Counted from the first letter of the stretch, positions 33,759 to 42,915 are shown. The stretch: 47,276 nucleotides of DNA from Gemmatimonadota bacterium (GCA_041612005.1 JBFILW010000001.1:1-47276); one strand, 5' to 3'. Made by a program: numbers and translations. The notes: generated by a model not told the origin, from the sequence alone.

Positions 33759-35750
33759 TCAGATCAGCTCGGCATCGGCGACGATCTCGACCATGCTCGG
33801 CCCTTCGAACTCGAGCGCGTTGGTGAGCGCTTCATCGAGCTCGGTGGCATCCGTCACCCGAATTCCGTACGCGCCGCAGACTTCCGCATACTTCGAGAAG
33901 TCCGGATTGTGCAGCGATGTCTGCCACACGTCCCAGTTTCCGGCCCGCTGCTCCTTGGAGATCTTGCCCAGCTCGCTGTTGTTGATGAGAACGAGCGTGA
34001 TGTTCATCCGGTATTTCACCGCCGTAGTCAGCTCGCCCATGTACTGGCCGAACCCACCGTCGCCCGCGACAGCGATGACCGGACGGCCCGCGAAGCGGGG
34101 GTCTTCCTCCTGCGTCGCGGCCCAGGCTCCCATGGCGGCCGGATAGGCGAAGCCGATCGAGCCCAGGTAGCCAGACATCAGGACCGCCTGCCGGCGGCAT
34201 TCGAAATAGCGGCCGAACGAGTACGTGTTGTTCCCGACATCAACCGCGATGATCGCGTCCTCCGGCACACGGCGGTTCATGGCCGCGAAGACTGCCGCCG
34301 AGTGAACTCCGCGCCCCCGGTGCTCCTCCTCGCGCCGAACCTTCTCTGCACGCCAGATCGCCCAGCGCTCCGCGATCTCCGGACGCTGATCGACCATCTC
34401 GGTGCCTTCCAGCTCGCGTTTGAGAACCTCGACTGTCGCCCCGATCTCGCCCCACACCGGCACCTGCACCGAGTGAAACTTGCCGAGGATCATCGGATCG
34501 TAGTCGACCTGAACGATCGGGCGCTTGGGGGTGATCCCGGTGTGGTTCGAGAAGCTGGCGCCGAGCACGAGAAGGCTGTCGGACTCATTCATGAAGTAGC
34601 TGGCGATCGGGGTGCCACTGCGGCCCAGAACGCCGCAGCCCAGCGGATGGTCGTCGGAAATCAGTCCCTTGCCCTTGAAGGTGGTCAGGACCGGACTGTT
34701 CAGCATCTCCGCCAGTTCGACGATGGCGGGCATGTGGAACCGCGCTCCGTGTCCGACGATGATCACTGGGCGCTCCGACCCCCCGATCAGCGCCACTGCC
34801 TCTTCCATCGTCTCTCGCGCGGGCGTGATCTCGCGGTTTGTGACCCGCCCCTCCGGATGGCCCGATCTCGCGCCCTCGGGCGCGTCGAGGTTCTGCACCT
34901 CGTCCGGGAAGATGAGGTGAGAGACTCCGCGATTGAGGATGGCGCTCTTCAAGGCGAGGTTTATCAGTTCGGCGTGCCGACTGGTGGGAAGGACCAGCTG
35001 TGTCCACTGGGCCACTTTGCCGTACGCGGCCTGCAGGTCGATCTCCTGAAATGCTCCCGGACCCAGCACCTGCGTATCCACCTGGCCGGTGAGCGCGAGT
35101 ACGGGCGAGCGATCAACGTTGGCGTCCCAGAGGCCGGTCAGCAGGTTCGTGGCGCCGGGACCGGCGATCGCCAGGCAGGCGGCTGGACGCCCCGTGAGCT
35201 TCCCGTACGCCGATGCGGCAAACGAGGCTGCGCCTTCGTGCCGAATTCCGTAATAGGTCATCCTGCCGGACTCGGTTTGACGCCGGATGGCGTCGGCCAG
35301 ACCCAGATTGGAATGCCCGACCATCCCCCACACGTGTCGGATTCCCCAGTTGGCCATCGTGTCGGCCATGACGTCCGAGACGGTGCTTGCGTGAGGCGCC
35401 TCCTCTTCGAACCCGACATAGATCCCGTCTTCTCGGACGTCGACGGCGTAAGTAGAGACCCCGTCGTCGAATCCGGGCGCCTTTCCCGTCAGGGGATCGT
35501 AATCCCAGCCGTGCCAGGGACAGCGCAGGAGGCCGTTCTCGATCGAGCCCTCACCGAGGGGCCCGCCCTGATGCGGACACCGGTTGTCCAGCGCGCCGTA
35601 CCGCCCCTTGAAGTGCGTCATGCACACCGTCTGGTGCGCACAGGTGACGGGCTTGACTCGTCCATCCGGAAGCTCGTCGGGCTCCAACACCTTGAACCAC
35701 TGGATCCCCACTCCCGCGGCGTTGCCTGAGCCGTGAGTCGGGTCATTCAT
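33759..35750 (-). CDS. Rieske [2Fe-2S] domain fused to a TPP-dependent enzyme (pyruvate oxidase/acetolactate synthase family)
   Basis: Track ORF trimmed to ATG 35750, with AGGAGAG upstream. Rieske motifs CPHQGGPL and CPWHGWDY lie within residues 58-80. They are followed by TPP N-, central and C-terminal domains (GIRHEGAASFAASAY, GYLGSIGFAYPAAMG, AGDGGFGQYMGEL...NNSELG). Confidence 0.85.
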   Translation of the reverse strand: MNDPTHGSGNAAGVGIQWFKVLEPDELPDGRVKPVTCAHQTVCMTHFKGRYGALDNRCPHQGGPLGEGSIENGLLRCPWHGWDYDPLTGKAPGFDDGVSTYAVDVREDGIYVGFEEEAPHASTVSDVMADTMANWGIRHVWGMVGHSNLGLADAIRRQTESGRMTYYGIRHEGAASFAASAYGKLTGRPAACLAIAGPGATNLLTGLWDANVDRSPVLALTGQVDTQVLGPGAFQEIDLQAAYGKVAQWTQLVLPTSRHAELINLALKSAILNRGVSHLIFPDEVQNLDAPEGARSGHPEGRVTNREITPARETMEEAVALIGGSERPVIIVGHGARFHMPAIVELAEMLNSPVLTTFKGKGLISDDHPLGCGVLGRSGTPIASYFMNESDSLLVLGASFSNHTGITPKRPIVQVDYDPMILGKFHSVQVPVWGEIGATVEVLKRELEGTEMVDQRPEIAERWAIWRAEKVRREEEHRGRGVHSAAVFAAMNRRVPEDAIIAVDVGNNTYSFGRYFECRRQAVLMSGYLGSIGFAYPAAMGAWAATQEEDPRFAGRPVIAVAGDGGFGQYMGELTTAVKYRMNITLVLINNSELGKISKEQRAGNWDVWQTSLHNPDFSKYAEVCGAYGIRVTDATELDEALTNALEFEGPSMVEIVADAELI

Positions 35751-35859
35751 GGACGGTCTCTCCTGAGGGGGAGCGAAGATGCCGACCGCGAGGCACTCGC
35801 GATCGCTCGCGAGAGACGAATGTAGCGGAATGTGGAAGGTGGGAAAGCCGGGTCTGACG

Positions 35860-36816
35860 TTACATGCCGCCGACTGTTCGGAGGAAGTCCACCACGATCT
35901 CGCTGGCCCTGACCGGGCTGCCCGGATCGAGGGCGCCGAACCACTTGTGCCCGCCTCCCTCGACGACGTCGATCTGTACTTGCGTGCCATCGGCACAGCG
36001 ATCGTACAAGCTTCGACGAATCCGAATGGACTGGGTGCTGGGATTCACCGCCGGGAAGGTCACGTTCGCTTCGCCCCGGCATTCGTTCAGCTGCGCGAGC
36101 ACGCTGGCCGCCTGATCGACCGAGAGAATGCCTTCGCCCCCGCCCGCCGGCACGCTGTTGTCTTGATCACCATGCATGAGCAGCACGGGTATCGGGGCGG
36201 GAGCCAGGCGACCGGGCAGGGTGCACACTGTGCCGACCGCCGTCGCCATTGTCGCCCCGACCGTGGCGATCGCCCTGACCGGCGTATCGATCTGACAAGC
36301 CATGAACTGGATGAAGAATCCACCCCGCGAGAAGCCGGTCGCGAACGCCGCTTCGGGAATGATGGCGTAGCTCTCAGCCAGATTCCGAATCAGCGTTCGC
36401 GTGAAGCCTACATCCTCGACGCCCTGGCGTTCGGCGGGGTTGCCGTTTCGGACCCCGGCCCAGAAGCCGGCGACCGCGTCGGGGTACACAACCGCGAAGT
36501 CGTGCATGTCGGCCAGGGAGTCGAGGCCGGTGGCCAACTGCATGGTCTCGCCGTCCTCGCCAGCTCCGTGGTAGACGATCAGCAGGGGAATCGAGGCGCG
36601 CCGCTCGTGCTCGTAATTCTCGGGCAGATGGACGCGGTAGCGGCGAAGAACGCCGTCGACGGTCAGCGTATCCGCGAAGTCGCGGACGCCATCGAAACTG
36701 GGGAGGTCAGGCAGACGGGGTGCGGTCGGTCCTCCGTCGTCCGCGCAGGCGACGGAAAACGTCGCCATGAGCAGGCACAAGACAACGCTGCTCGTCGGGC
36801 CGATTGAACTCTGCAC
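35860..36816 (-). CDS. PHB-depolymerase/LpqC-type esterase lipoprotein
   Basis: Track ORF trimmed to GTG 36816, with GGGAGG 8 nt upstream. Signal with lipobox FSVAC. IPLLIVYHGAGEDGE, the nucleophile elbow GFSRGG, and LLMHGDQDNSVP. Confidence 0.7.
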   Translation of the reverse strand: MQSSIGPTSSVVLCLLMATFSVACADDGGPTAPRLPDLPSFDGVRDFADTLTVDGVLRRYRVHLPENYEHERRASIPLLIVYHGAGEDGETMQLATGLDSLADMHDFAVVYPDAVAGFWAGVRNGNPAERQGVEDVGFTRTLIRNLAESYAIIPEAAFATGFSRGGFFIQFMACQIDTPVRAIATVGATMATAVGTVCTLPGRLAPAPIPVLLMHGDQDNSVPAGGGEGILSVDQAASVLAQLNECRGEANVTFPAVNPSTQSIRIRRSLYDRCADGTQVQIDVVEGGGHKWFGALDPGSPVRASEIVVDFLRTVGGM

Positions 36817-37040
36817 GTGCCCTTCCTCCCGAATGGCTTGCCAGCTGGTGCGCTCTGAACGGGGCGACTTCTGTCGTTCGTTCAACACCCGCACCGGGGG
36901 ATGGATCCCGAGGCTCGCTCTGGTGGGAACGTTCAGGGGTGGTCAGATTCTCATCCGGCGTGCCAGGGTAGCCGGAGATCACCAGCCGAGGTCGTCTCGG
37001 TCACCTCGAAACGGTTGCACAGGATGTCGCGGGCCATGAC

Positions 37041-38267
37041 ATGATCGCCATACTCCAGCTCTTGGCCATCCTCGGACTCGGGTACCTGGGCACTCACTAC
37101 TTCGCCGAGCGGATCCGGGCTCGCTTCCACGTGACGACCGGCATCGAGTTTGTCGTTCTCGGCGTCCTCGTGGGACCGCACGTGACCTACGTGGTCACGC
37201 CGGAGGTCCTGTCGCAGTTGGGTCCCGTGATCAGCCTGGCGATTGGTGCGGTAGGCCTCATCCTTGGACTCGAGTGTCGATTCGCCGAGCTCCGGGACAC
37301 GCAGCGCCAGGGTCTGGTCTTGTCCTCCTTTGGTGGAACGAGCACCACGGTCGTCGTGGGAGGCCTGGCCGCCGCATTCCTGTGGTACATGCTCCCGCCA
37401 GCCGCGTTTTGGGTTGCGCTGCCGGCCGGCCTTGCCCTCGGCGCGATTTCTGCCGTCTCGACTCCCGAGCCCGCCGGAACTGTCGACGCCGAGATGGAGG
37501 GCCACACTCGGCTCGCCTCCATTCTTCAGTCATCCGCCAAATTCGATCGCTTGATTGCCACCTTGCTCTTCGGGCTCGTGTTCTGTCTGTTCCATGTCGG
37601 AGAGCCGGCCGGTGTCCGACCGCTTACCGCAACCGAGTGGGTGGTCGTCAGCGTTGGGATCGGCGTCGTGCTCGGAGCGCTCTTCTTCCTGTTCCTCGGC
37701 CGCGAGCAGGACCCCGACCGCCTCCTGCTGGCGCTCATGGGAATCATTCTTTTCTCGAGCGGCGCGGCGTACTACCTCAATCTATCTCCCCTGTTCGTCA
37801 ACCTCGTACTCGGAGCGATGCTGGCGAATACGTCGCGCCATGCGGTTGCCCTGCGAGAAGTGATGGGCTCGATCGAGAGACCCCTCAAAGTCGTCATACT
37901 GCTTCTCGCCGGCGCCTCGTGGAATCTCGGTGCCCTCGTGAGTCCGATCGTGCTCGGTCTCCTCGCCATCTGTCTGCTTGGCCGGCCACTCGGCAAGATC
38001 CTCGGCGGGGCGCTGACATTCCGTTATGGCGAGCGGAGGCCTTACCTGACCCCATGGATAGGGATGGGTACTCTGGCCCACGGCAGCCTCGCCGTGGCGA
38101 TGGCTGTGAACTTCCAGGAAGTCTATTCGGGGGTGGCAGCCGACGGGCTGTTCTCGGCAGTGCTGGTCTCGGTCCTGGTATGGGAGCTCCTCGCACCCGC
38201 CAGGATCCGCCGCGCCCTCATCGATTCGGAGCCGGCGCTTGCGCCCCGGGCGACGACAACCGCCTGA
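37041..38267 (+). CDS. cation/proton antiporter (CPA, Na_H_Exchanger family) membrane protein, no regulatory domain
   Basis: 408 aa and polytopic. GIEFVVLGVLVGPHV and ISLAIGAVGLILGLECRF resemble the conserved TM1 and TM4 regions of CPA2-type exchangers. Confidence 0.8.
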   Translation: MIAILQLLAILGLGYLGTHYFAERIRARFHVTTGIEFVVLGVLVGPHVTYVVTPEVLSQLGPVISLAIGAVGLILGLECRFAELRDTQRQGLVLSSFGGTSTTVVVGGLAAAFLWYMLPPAAFWVALPAGLALGAISAVSTPEPAGTVDAEMEGHTRLASILQSSAKFDRLIATLLFGLVFCLFHVGEPAGVRPLTATEWVVVSVGIGVVLGALFFLFLGREQDPDRLLLALMGIILFSSGAAYYLNLSPLFVNLVLGAMLANTSRHAVALREVMGSIERPLKVVILLLAGASWNLGALVSPIVLGLLAICLLGRPLGKILGGALTFRYGERRPYLTPWIGMGTLAHGSLAVAMAVNFQEVYSGVAADGLFSAVLVSVLVWELLAPARIRRALIDSEPALAPRATTTA

Positions 38268-38305
38268 TCTTGCACAACTCGATTCTGGACGAATAGGAGA
38301 CGTCG

Positions 38306-41300
38306 ATGCGGCGCTTTGTAGTGCTGGCTCTGCTGCTCGGCCTGATGACCCTGTTACAGGCGCTGCAGGCCGTCACCGACGCCCCTTTTCACCCGCTTTC
38401 GCTCGGAACCTTCGGCTTTGTGCTGCTGGCCGCGTACACGCTCGGCGAAGTAGCCGCCAACCTCCGTCTTCCCAAGATCACGGGCTACATCGTCACCGGG
38501 CTCGTGTTTGGTCCGCAGGTCCTGAACATCTTTTCCAGCGCCGTGGAGGCGGACCTCAGGGTGGTCAACGAGCTGGCCATCGGGCTGATCGCCCTGAGCG
38601 CCGGCGCCGAGATGCATCTCGCCGGACTCAAGCGGATTGCGCGGAGTCTGCTCTGGATCGTCGTCATCAAGGGTCTGCTCATTCTGGCAGCCGTCATGGC
38701 GGCCGTGGTCGCGCTCGCCTCCTTCATGCCGTTTCTCTCCGGCCAGCCGATCGGGCTCGTGCTCTCGGTCGGGATGATTCTCGGAGTCTTGGCCATCGGG
38801 ACGTCGCCCGCTGCGACTATCGCCGTGATCAACGAAACCCGGGCGAAGGGACGGCTCGCCGATACCACCCTCGGCGTGGCAGTCGCCAAAGACATCGTGA
38901 TGGTCGTGCTGCTGGCACTGGCGATCGCCCTCGCCCGAACCTTCTCCCCGGACAGTCACGGCTTCGAGATCGGCATCCTCGGCGAGCTCGCGCTCCATCT
39001 GTTCTTGAGCCTCCTGGCGGGCGGCATTCTGGGCGGGCTGATCATCGGCTACATGCGCTACGTTGGCGCCGAGCTCTGGCTGTTCGTCGTCGGCATCATC
39101 TTCGCGATGACCGCGATCGCGCATCAGTTCCACTTGGAGGCACTTCTTGTCTTCATCGTGGCTGGATTCGTCGTTCAGAATATCTCGGACCTCGGAGACG
39201 ACTTCGTTCACCTGGTAGAGAAGCTGGCGCTGCCGATCTATGTGGTGTTCTTCTCGGTGGCGGGAGCCGGACTCGACCTCAGCGCTCTCCAAATGGTCCT
39301 GCTGGTCGTTCTAGCGCTTGTAACGGTGCGCATCGTGGCGATCTTCGTCGGAACGGCCGTGGCGACGCGTATCGCCGGCGAACCCGAACCGATCCGGCGC
39401 AATGCCTGGCTTTCATTCGTTTCGCAGGCGGGCGTGGTGATCGGCCTCTCCATCATCGTCGAGAACAATCTGCCGGGACTCGGTACGGAGATCCGTACGC
39501 TGGTGATGGGCACCGTGGCGATCAATCTCCTCGTCGGACCCGTCCTCTTCAAGTTGGCGCTGTCACGCACCGGTGAGGCCAAGGGCTCGGAGGTTTCGGG
39601 CGAGGCGCTCGGCGCGGTGGAGGGAGACGTCGACGTGATGGACGTCGGGACCCTGCCGCGGGAACTGGCGGAAGTGTCGGCGGCGCTCGAGGACGCGGTC
39701 ACAGAGGCGCTTGGGGATTTGGCGCGGGTGGTCCAGTCAGGGCCGCTCCAGATCGCGGACGACGCCAGGCGTGGGCAGGCTCCCGCCGCAGCCCACACGA
39801 ATGCTGATGTGGCCTGGTCGAGAGATATGACCGCCGCCGTTGATCGGTTTTGGGGCGCTGTGCACGAGGCGGCACTCGCCGTTCCCGTGCAGCTGACTGT
39901 TCCGCTCGAGGCGCGCTGGTTCGACAGCGCCGAGAATGACACCGCGGCCGAACGCTGGATGAAGCGGCTGAGGAGATTTCGGCGAGCTCTGAGGCGCATG
40001 TCCGGCACGGACCCGCGCCTGCGCCGGCGAGTGCTCGCCCGGGATCTGGCCCTCTACCACATCGACAATGCTCTCGCAGAGGATCTGGAGCCGGCATTGA
40101 TCCGTCTGGCCGCTCAGCCCGCCTTCGCGGCGCGCGAAGTGCTGAGGGCGCGCCGGCCGTCTGAGAACGGCTCCGCGGCAGGGGACGGCTCGGCCGACGT
40201 GGAGACCTTCCGAGGAGAGGCGATCGACGTCATGGTGCCCGTTGTCGAGGCGCGGTTTGAGACTCTCCGTCGTGAGCTGGCCGAGATTGGCACGATCGCT
40301 CTTTCTTCCAGAGGCCGCCGACCGTCCCAGCTGCACGAGAACGCGGAACGGATTCGAAGTCGTATCGGCGAGACCATCGTGGAGTGGGATGAGCTGGCGA
40401 AAGCCGTGGTCGAGCACGACCTGCGGCGAGATGCCGTCGACGCTCTGCGAAGAGACCTGAAGGCCGATACGGACTCGTTCGAGACCGAGTTCAGGGTCCG
40501 CTTCGACGAGATGATCGTGCAGCCACTTCAGCGAGCCCGGCACGTCGTGGAAGAGGCGCTCAAGGGGATCGGGTCGATGAACGGGACGGACAACACGGCC
40601 ATCGAGCGCTCGCTGCTCGACTTCAGCGAGTCGCTGTCTCTTGGATTGCGAAGAGAAGCGCTCGCCGGTCTGCGACGAAGCTTGGAGACGCGACCACTCG
40701 TCGCCCTGGTCAACCGGTTCGATGACCAGGTAGAGGAACGTCTGGAGGAGCTGCCCGAGGCCTTCCGGGTCGTTGACCCCGATGACCTGCCCGACCCACT
40801 CAGCCCCCCGCGGTCCTATCCCGAAACTGCTAGCCACGAGTTGCGGCTCATTGCCACCGGCGCCGTCGAGCGGACGCTGCGGCCCACCCTGGCCCGCCTG
40901 AAGGAGCGGAGCGCAGAAGCGGCCGCTGAAGCGGCACGGTCCGTCCAGGAGATACGCGAGAATCTCGAGCTCCGCTTCGACGCCGCGCTGGATGCGGCGA
41001 TGGACGAAAGCCGCAGTGCGACGGAAGCGGGCGCCGAAGAGACCGAATCCAGGAAGTCCCTCCAGATAGCAGCCAACGCGCTCGACAATGCCGCGGCGGC
41101 TCTCGATGCCGCGCACGCAGCGGTCGAAGCGGTCGAGAAAGAGGCCATCCAGGCCGTTCACGGAGACCTCGAGGCGATGATCGACCGCCTCGGTACCCAG
41201 CTCGCGAGCGCCCGGCCTCTGGAGGCCCGGCTGCAGGCAGAGCGCGCCCGAGTCGAGCTCAGGGGAACCGCGGTCCTGAGGCTCGTCGCGGGCCGGATCC

Positions 41301-42220
41301 GGCGCCGAGTGAGGAACTTCCTGGTGCGGATCGGACTCCGCCACCCGGCCCACAAACAGGCCGACGGCGCGCCGAGCGGCGGGCTCGTCCGTCTCAGTCC
41401 GGGCGGGCGCGAGGGGTCGGATCGTGCCGTGCTCTTCCATATTCTGTTCGACGAAACAACCCTGGCCGGAAAGATCTTCGACGCATGTCTGATCCTGACG
41501 ATCCTGGCCAGCATCCTCGTCTTGATGCTCGAATCAGTGGAGCCGATCCGGCTCCAGCACGGTACGACGTTGGCCGTGCTGGAGTGGCTGTTTACGCTGT
41601 TGTTCACCCTGGAGTACGCAGCCAGGCTGTGGGCCGTTGATCGGCCGGCCCGATACGCTCTGAGCTTCTTCGGAATCATCGATTTTCTGGCGGTCATTCC
41701 CTCTTACCTCAGCCTCCTGATCCCGGGGGGACAGTTCGTCATGGTGATCCGGATCCTCCGCGTGGCACGAGCATTCAGGGTCTTGAAGCTGGCCCGGTTC
41801 GTGGGAGAGGCGCAGGTCTTGGTCGAGGCGATGAAGGCGAGTCGATATAAGATCACGGTGTTTCTCGTATACGTTGTGAGCGTCGCCGTTATCGTCGGCT
41901 CCGCCATGTACCTCATCGAGGGTCCGGGAGCGGGCTTCACCAGTATCCCGAGAGGCGTGTACTGGGCCATCGTCACTCTGACTACGGTAGGGTTTGGGGA
42001 CATCACGCCTCTGTCGCCATTGGGGCAGACGCTCGCCGCGATCCTCATGATTCTCGGCTACGGGATCATTGCGGTGCCCACGGGGATCGTGACCGCCGAG
42101 ATCGCTTCGAGACCCACCCGGAGGCCATCGGCCCAGACGTGTGCGAAGTGCGGCCACGAGGAGGAGAATCCAGCGGCGGCCTACTGCCTGGTTTGCGGGG
42201 CCAGCCTCGACCCTCGATAG
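38306..42220 (+). CDS. multidomain fusion: CPA antiporter domain + long helical spacer + 6TM voltage-gated K+ channel + C-terminal zinc ribbon
   Basis: 1304 aa with AGGAGA 6 nt upstream of the ATG. CPA motifs: GYIVTGLVFGPQVLNI, LIALSAGAEMHL, GTSPAATIAVINE. S4 segment VIRILRVARAFRVLKLARF (about 41738-41800). Selectivity filter TTVGFGD (41981-42001). Zinc ribbon CAKC...CLVC (42140-42196). Confidence 0.85.
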   Translation: MRRFVVLALLLGLMTLLQALQAVTDAPFHPLSLGTFGFVLLAAYTLGEVAANLRLPKITGYIVTGLVFGPQVLNIFSSAVEADLRVVNELAIGLIALSAGAEMHLAGLKRIARSLLWIVVIKGLLILAAVMAAVVALASFMPFLSGQPIGLVLSVGMILGVLAIGTSPAATIAVINETRAKGRLADTTLGVAVAKDIVMVVLLALAIALARTFSPDSHGFEIGILGELALHLFLSLLAGGILGGLIIGYMRYVGAELWLFVVGIIFAMTAIAHQFHLEALLVFIVAGFVVQNISDLGDDFVHLVEKLALPIYVVFFSVAGAGLDLSALQMVLLVVLALVTVRIVAIFVGTAVATRIAGEPEPIRRNAWLSFVSQAGVVIGLSIIVENNLPGLGTEIRTLVMGTVAINLLVGPVLFKLALSRTGEAKGSEVSGEALGAVEGDVDVMDVGTLPRELAEVSAALEDAVTEALGDLARVVQSGPLQIADDARRGQAPAAAHTNADVAWSRDMTAAVDRFWGAVHEAALAVPVQLTVPLEARWFDSAENDTAAERWMKRLRRFRRALRRMSGTDPRLRRRVLARDLALYHIDNALAEDLEPALIRLAAQPAFAAREVLRARRPSENGSAAGDGSADVETFRGEAIDVMVPVVEARFETLRRELAEIGTIALSSRGRRPSQLHENAERIRSRIGETIVEWDELAKAVVEHDLRRDAVDALRRDLKADTDSFETEFRVRFDEMIVQPLQRARHVVEEALKGIGSMNGTDNTAIERSLLDFSESLSLGLRREALAGLRRSLETRPLVALVNRFDDQVEERLEELPEAFRVVDPDDLPDPLSPPRSYPETASHELRLIATGAVERTLRPTLARLKERSAEAAAEAARSVQEIRENLELRFDAALDAAMDESRSATEAGAEETESRKSLQIAANALDNAAAALDAAHAAVEAVEKEAIQAVHGDLEAMIDRLGTQLASARPLEARLQAERARVELRGTAVLRLVAGRIRRRVRNFLVRIGLRHPAHKQADGAPSGGLVRLSPGGREGSDRAVLFHILFDETTLAGKIFDACLILTILASILVLMLESVEPIRLQHGTTLAVLEWLFTLLFTLEYAARLWAVDRPARYALSFFGIIDFLAVIPSYLSLLIPGGQFVMVIRILRVARAFRVLKLARFVGEAQVLVEAMKASRYKITVFLVYVVSVAVIVGSAMYLIEGPGAGFTSIPRGVYWAIVTLTTVGFGDITPLSPLGQTLAAILMILGYGIIAVPTGIVTAEIASRPTRRPSAQTCAKCGHEEENPAAAYCLVCGASLDPR

Positions 42221-42261
42221 CCGGGCTTCGGACGGAGCCACCACAGCGAAGGAGCTGAATA

Positions 42262-42915
42262 GTGCGCACACGCATGCTGTCCCTGGCAATCGCCGCCGGA
42301 CTCACGTGCCTGCCCGTCGGGCTCGTCGCCCAGGTAACGGATCGAGATCATGCGTCGCGGTTCGTCGTGCTGATCGGCACCGACACGCTGGCCGTGGAGG
42401 ACTTCGTGTGGGGCGACGGGAAGCTCGAGAGCGAGCTCCGCTTGCTCACGGCCAACGTGAGATTTCGCCTCACGGTCGGATTTGGCGACGACCTCGTGCC
42501 TCTGTCTTTCGACGCCGACATGTGGCAGCCGGCGGACGATCCCGAGGCCGCTCCGACAATCACGTCGAGCATGGAGTTCGTCGACGACAGCGTATTCGCG
42601 GAGGTCATCGGGGCGCCAACGCCCGAGTTCCAGCGGATCGCCTCGCAACGGAGTGCCGTTCCGTTCATTAACCTGTCGTTCGCCCTCGTCGAGCACGCCG
42701 TGCGCATGCGCCGTCTCGCGGGCGGTAGCGGCGAGGTCCCGTTTTTTCTCTGGGCTAACGGCCAGACACTCAGCGCTCGGCTCGCGTTCGGGGAAGACGA
42801 TTCAGCGACCCTGACGCTTGGCGATGTCGTGCTGGAGCTGACCGCCGATGCCAGTGGTCGGGTGCTGGGAGGCGCGGTCCCTTCACAGAATCTGACCGTT
42901 GTCCGCGTACATTGA
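42262..42915 (+). CDS. hypothetical secreted protein
   Basis: 217 aa. GTG start with AAGGAG upstream. Signal-like LSLAIAAGLTCLPVGLVAQ. No recognisable motifs. Confidence 0.6.
   Translation: MRTRMLSLAIAAGLTCLPVGLVAQVTDRDHASRFVVLIGTDTLAVEDFVWGDGKLESELRLLTANVRFRLTVGFGDDLVPLSFDADMWQPADDPEAAPTITSSMEFVDDSVFAEVIGAPTPEFQRIASQRSAVPFINLSFALVEHAVRMRRLAGGSGEVPFFLWANGQTLSARLAFGEDDSATLTLGDVVLELTADASGRVLGGAVPSQNLTVVRVH

Noticed and set aside
33909-35729. 606-aa plus-strand ORF
   Set aside because: It is antisense to the Rieske-TPP fusion gene. No motifs, and the composition is Arg/Gly-rich.
39737-41440. 567-aa minus-strand ORF inside the fusion protein's spacer region
   Set aside because: The sense frame is continuous with well-supported CPA and channel domains on both sides. 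The antisense openness is explained by GC3 bias. The translation is Arg/Gly/Pro-rich.
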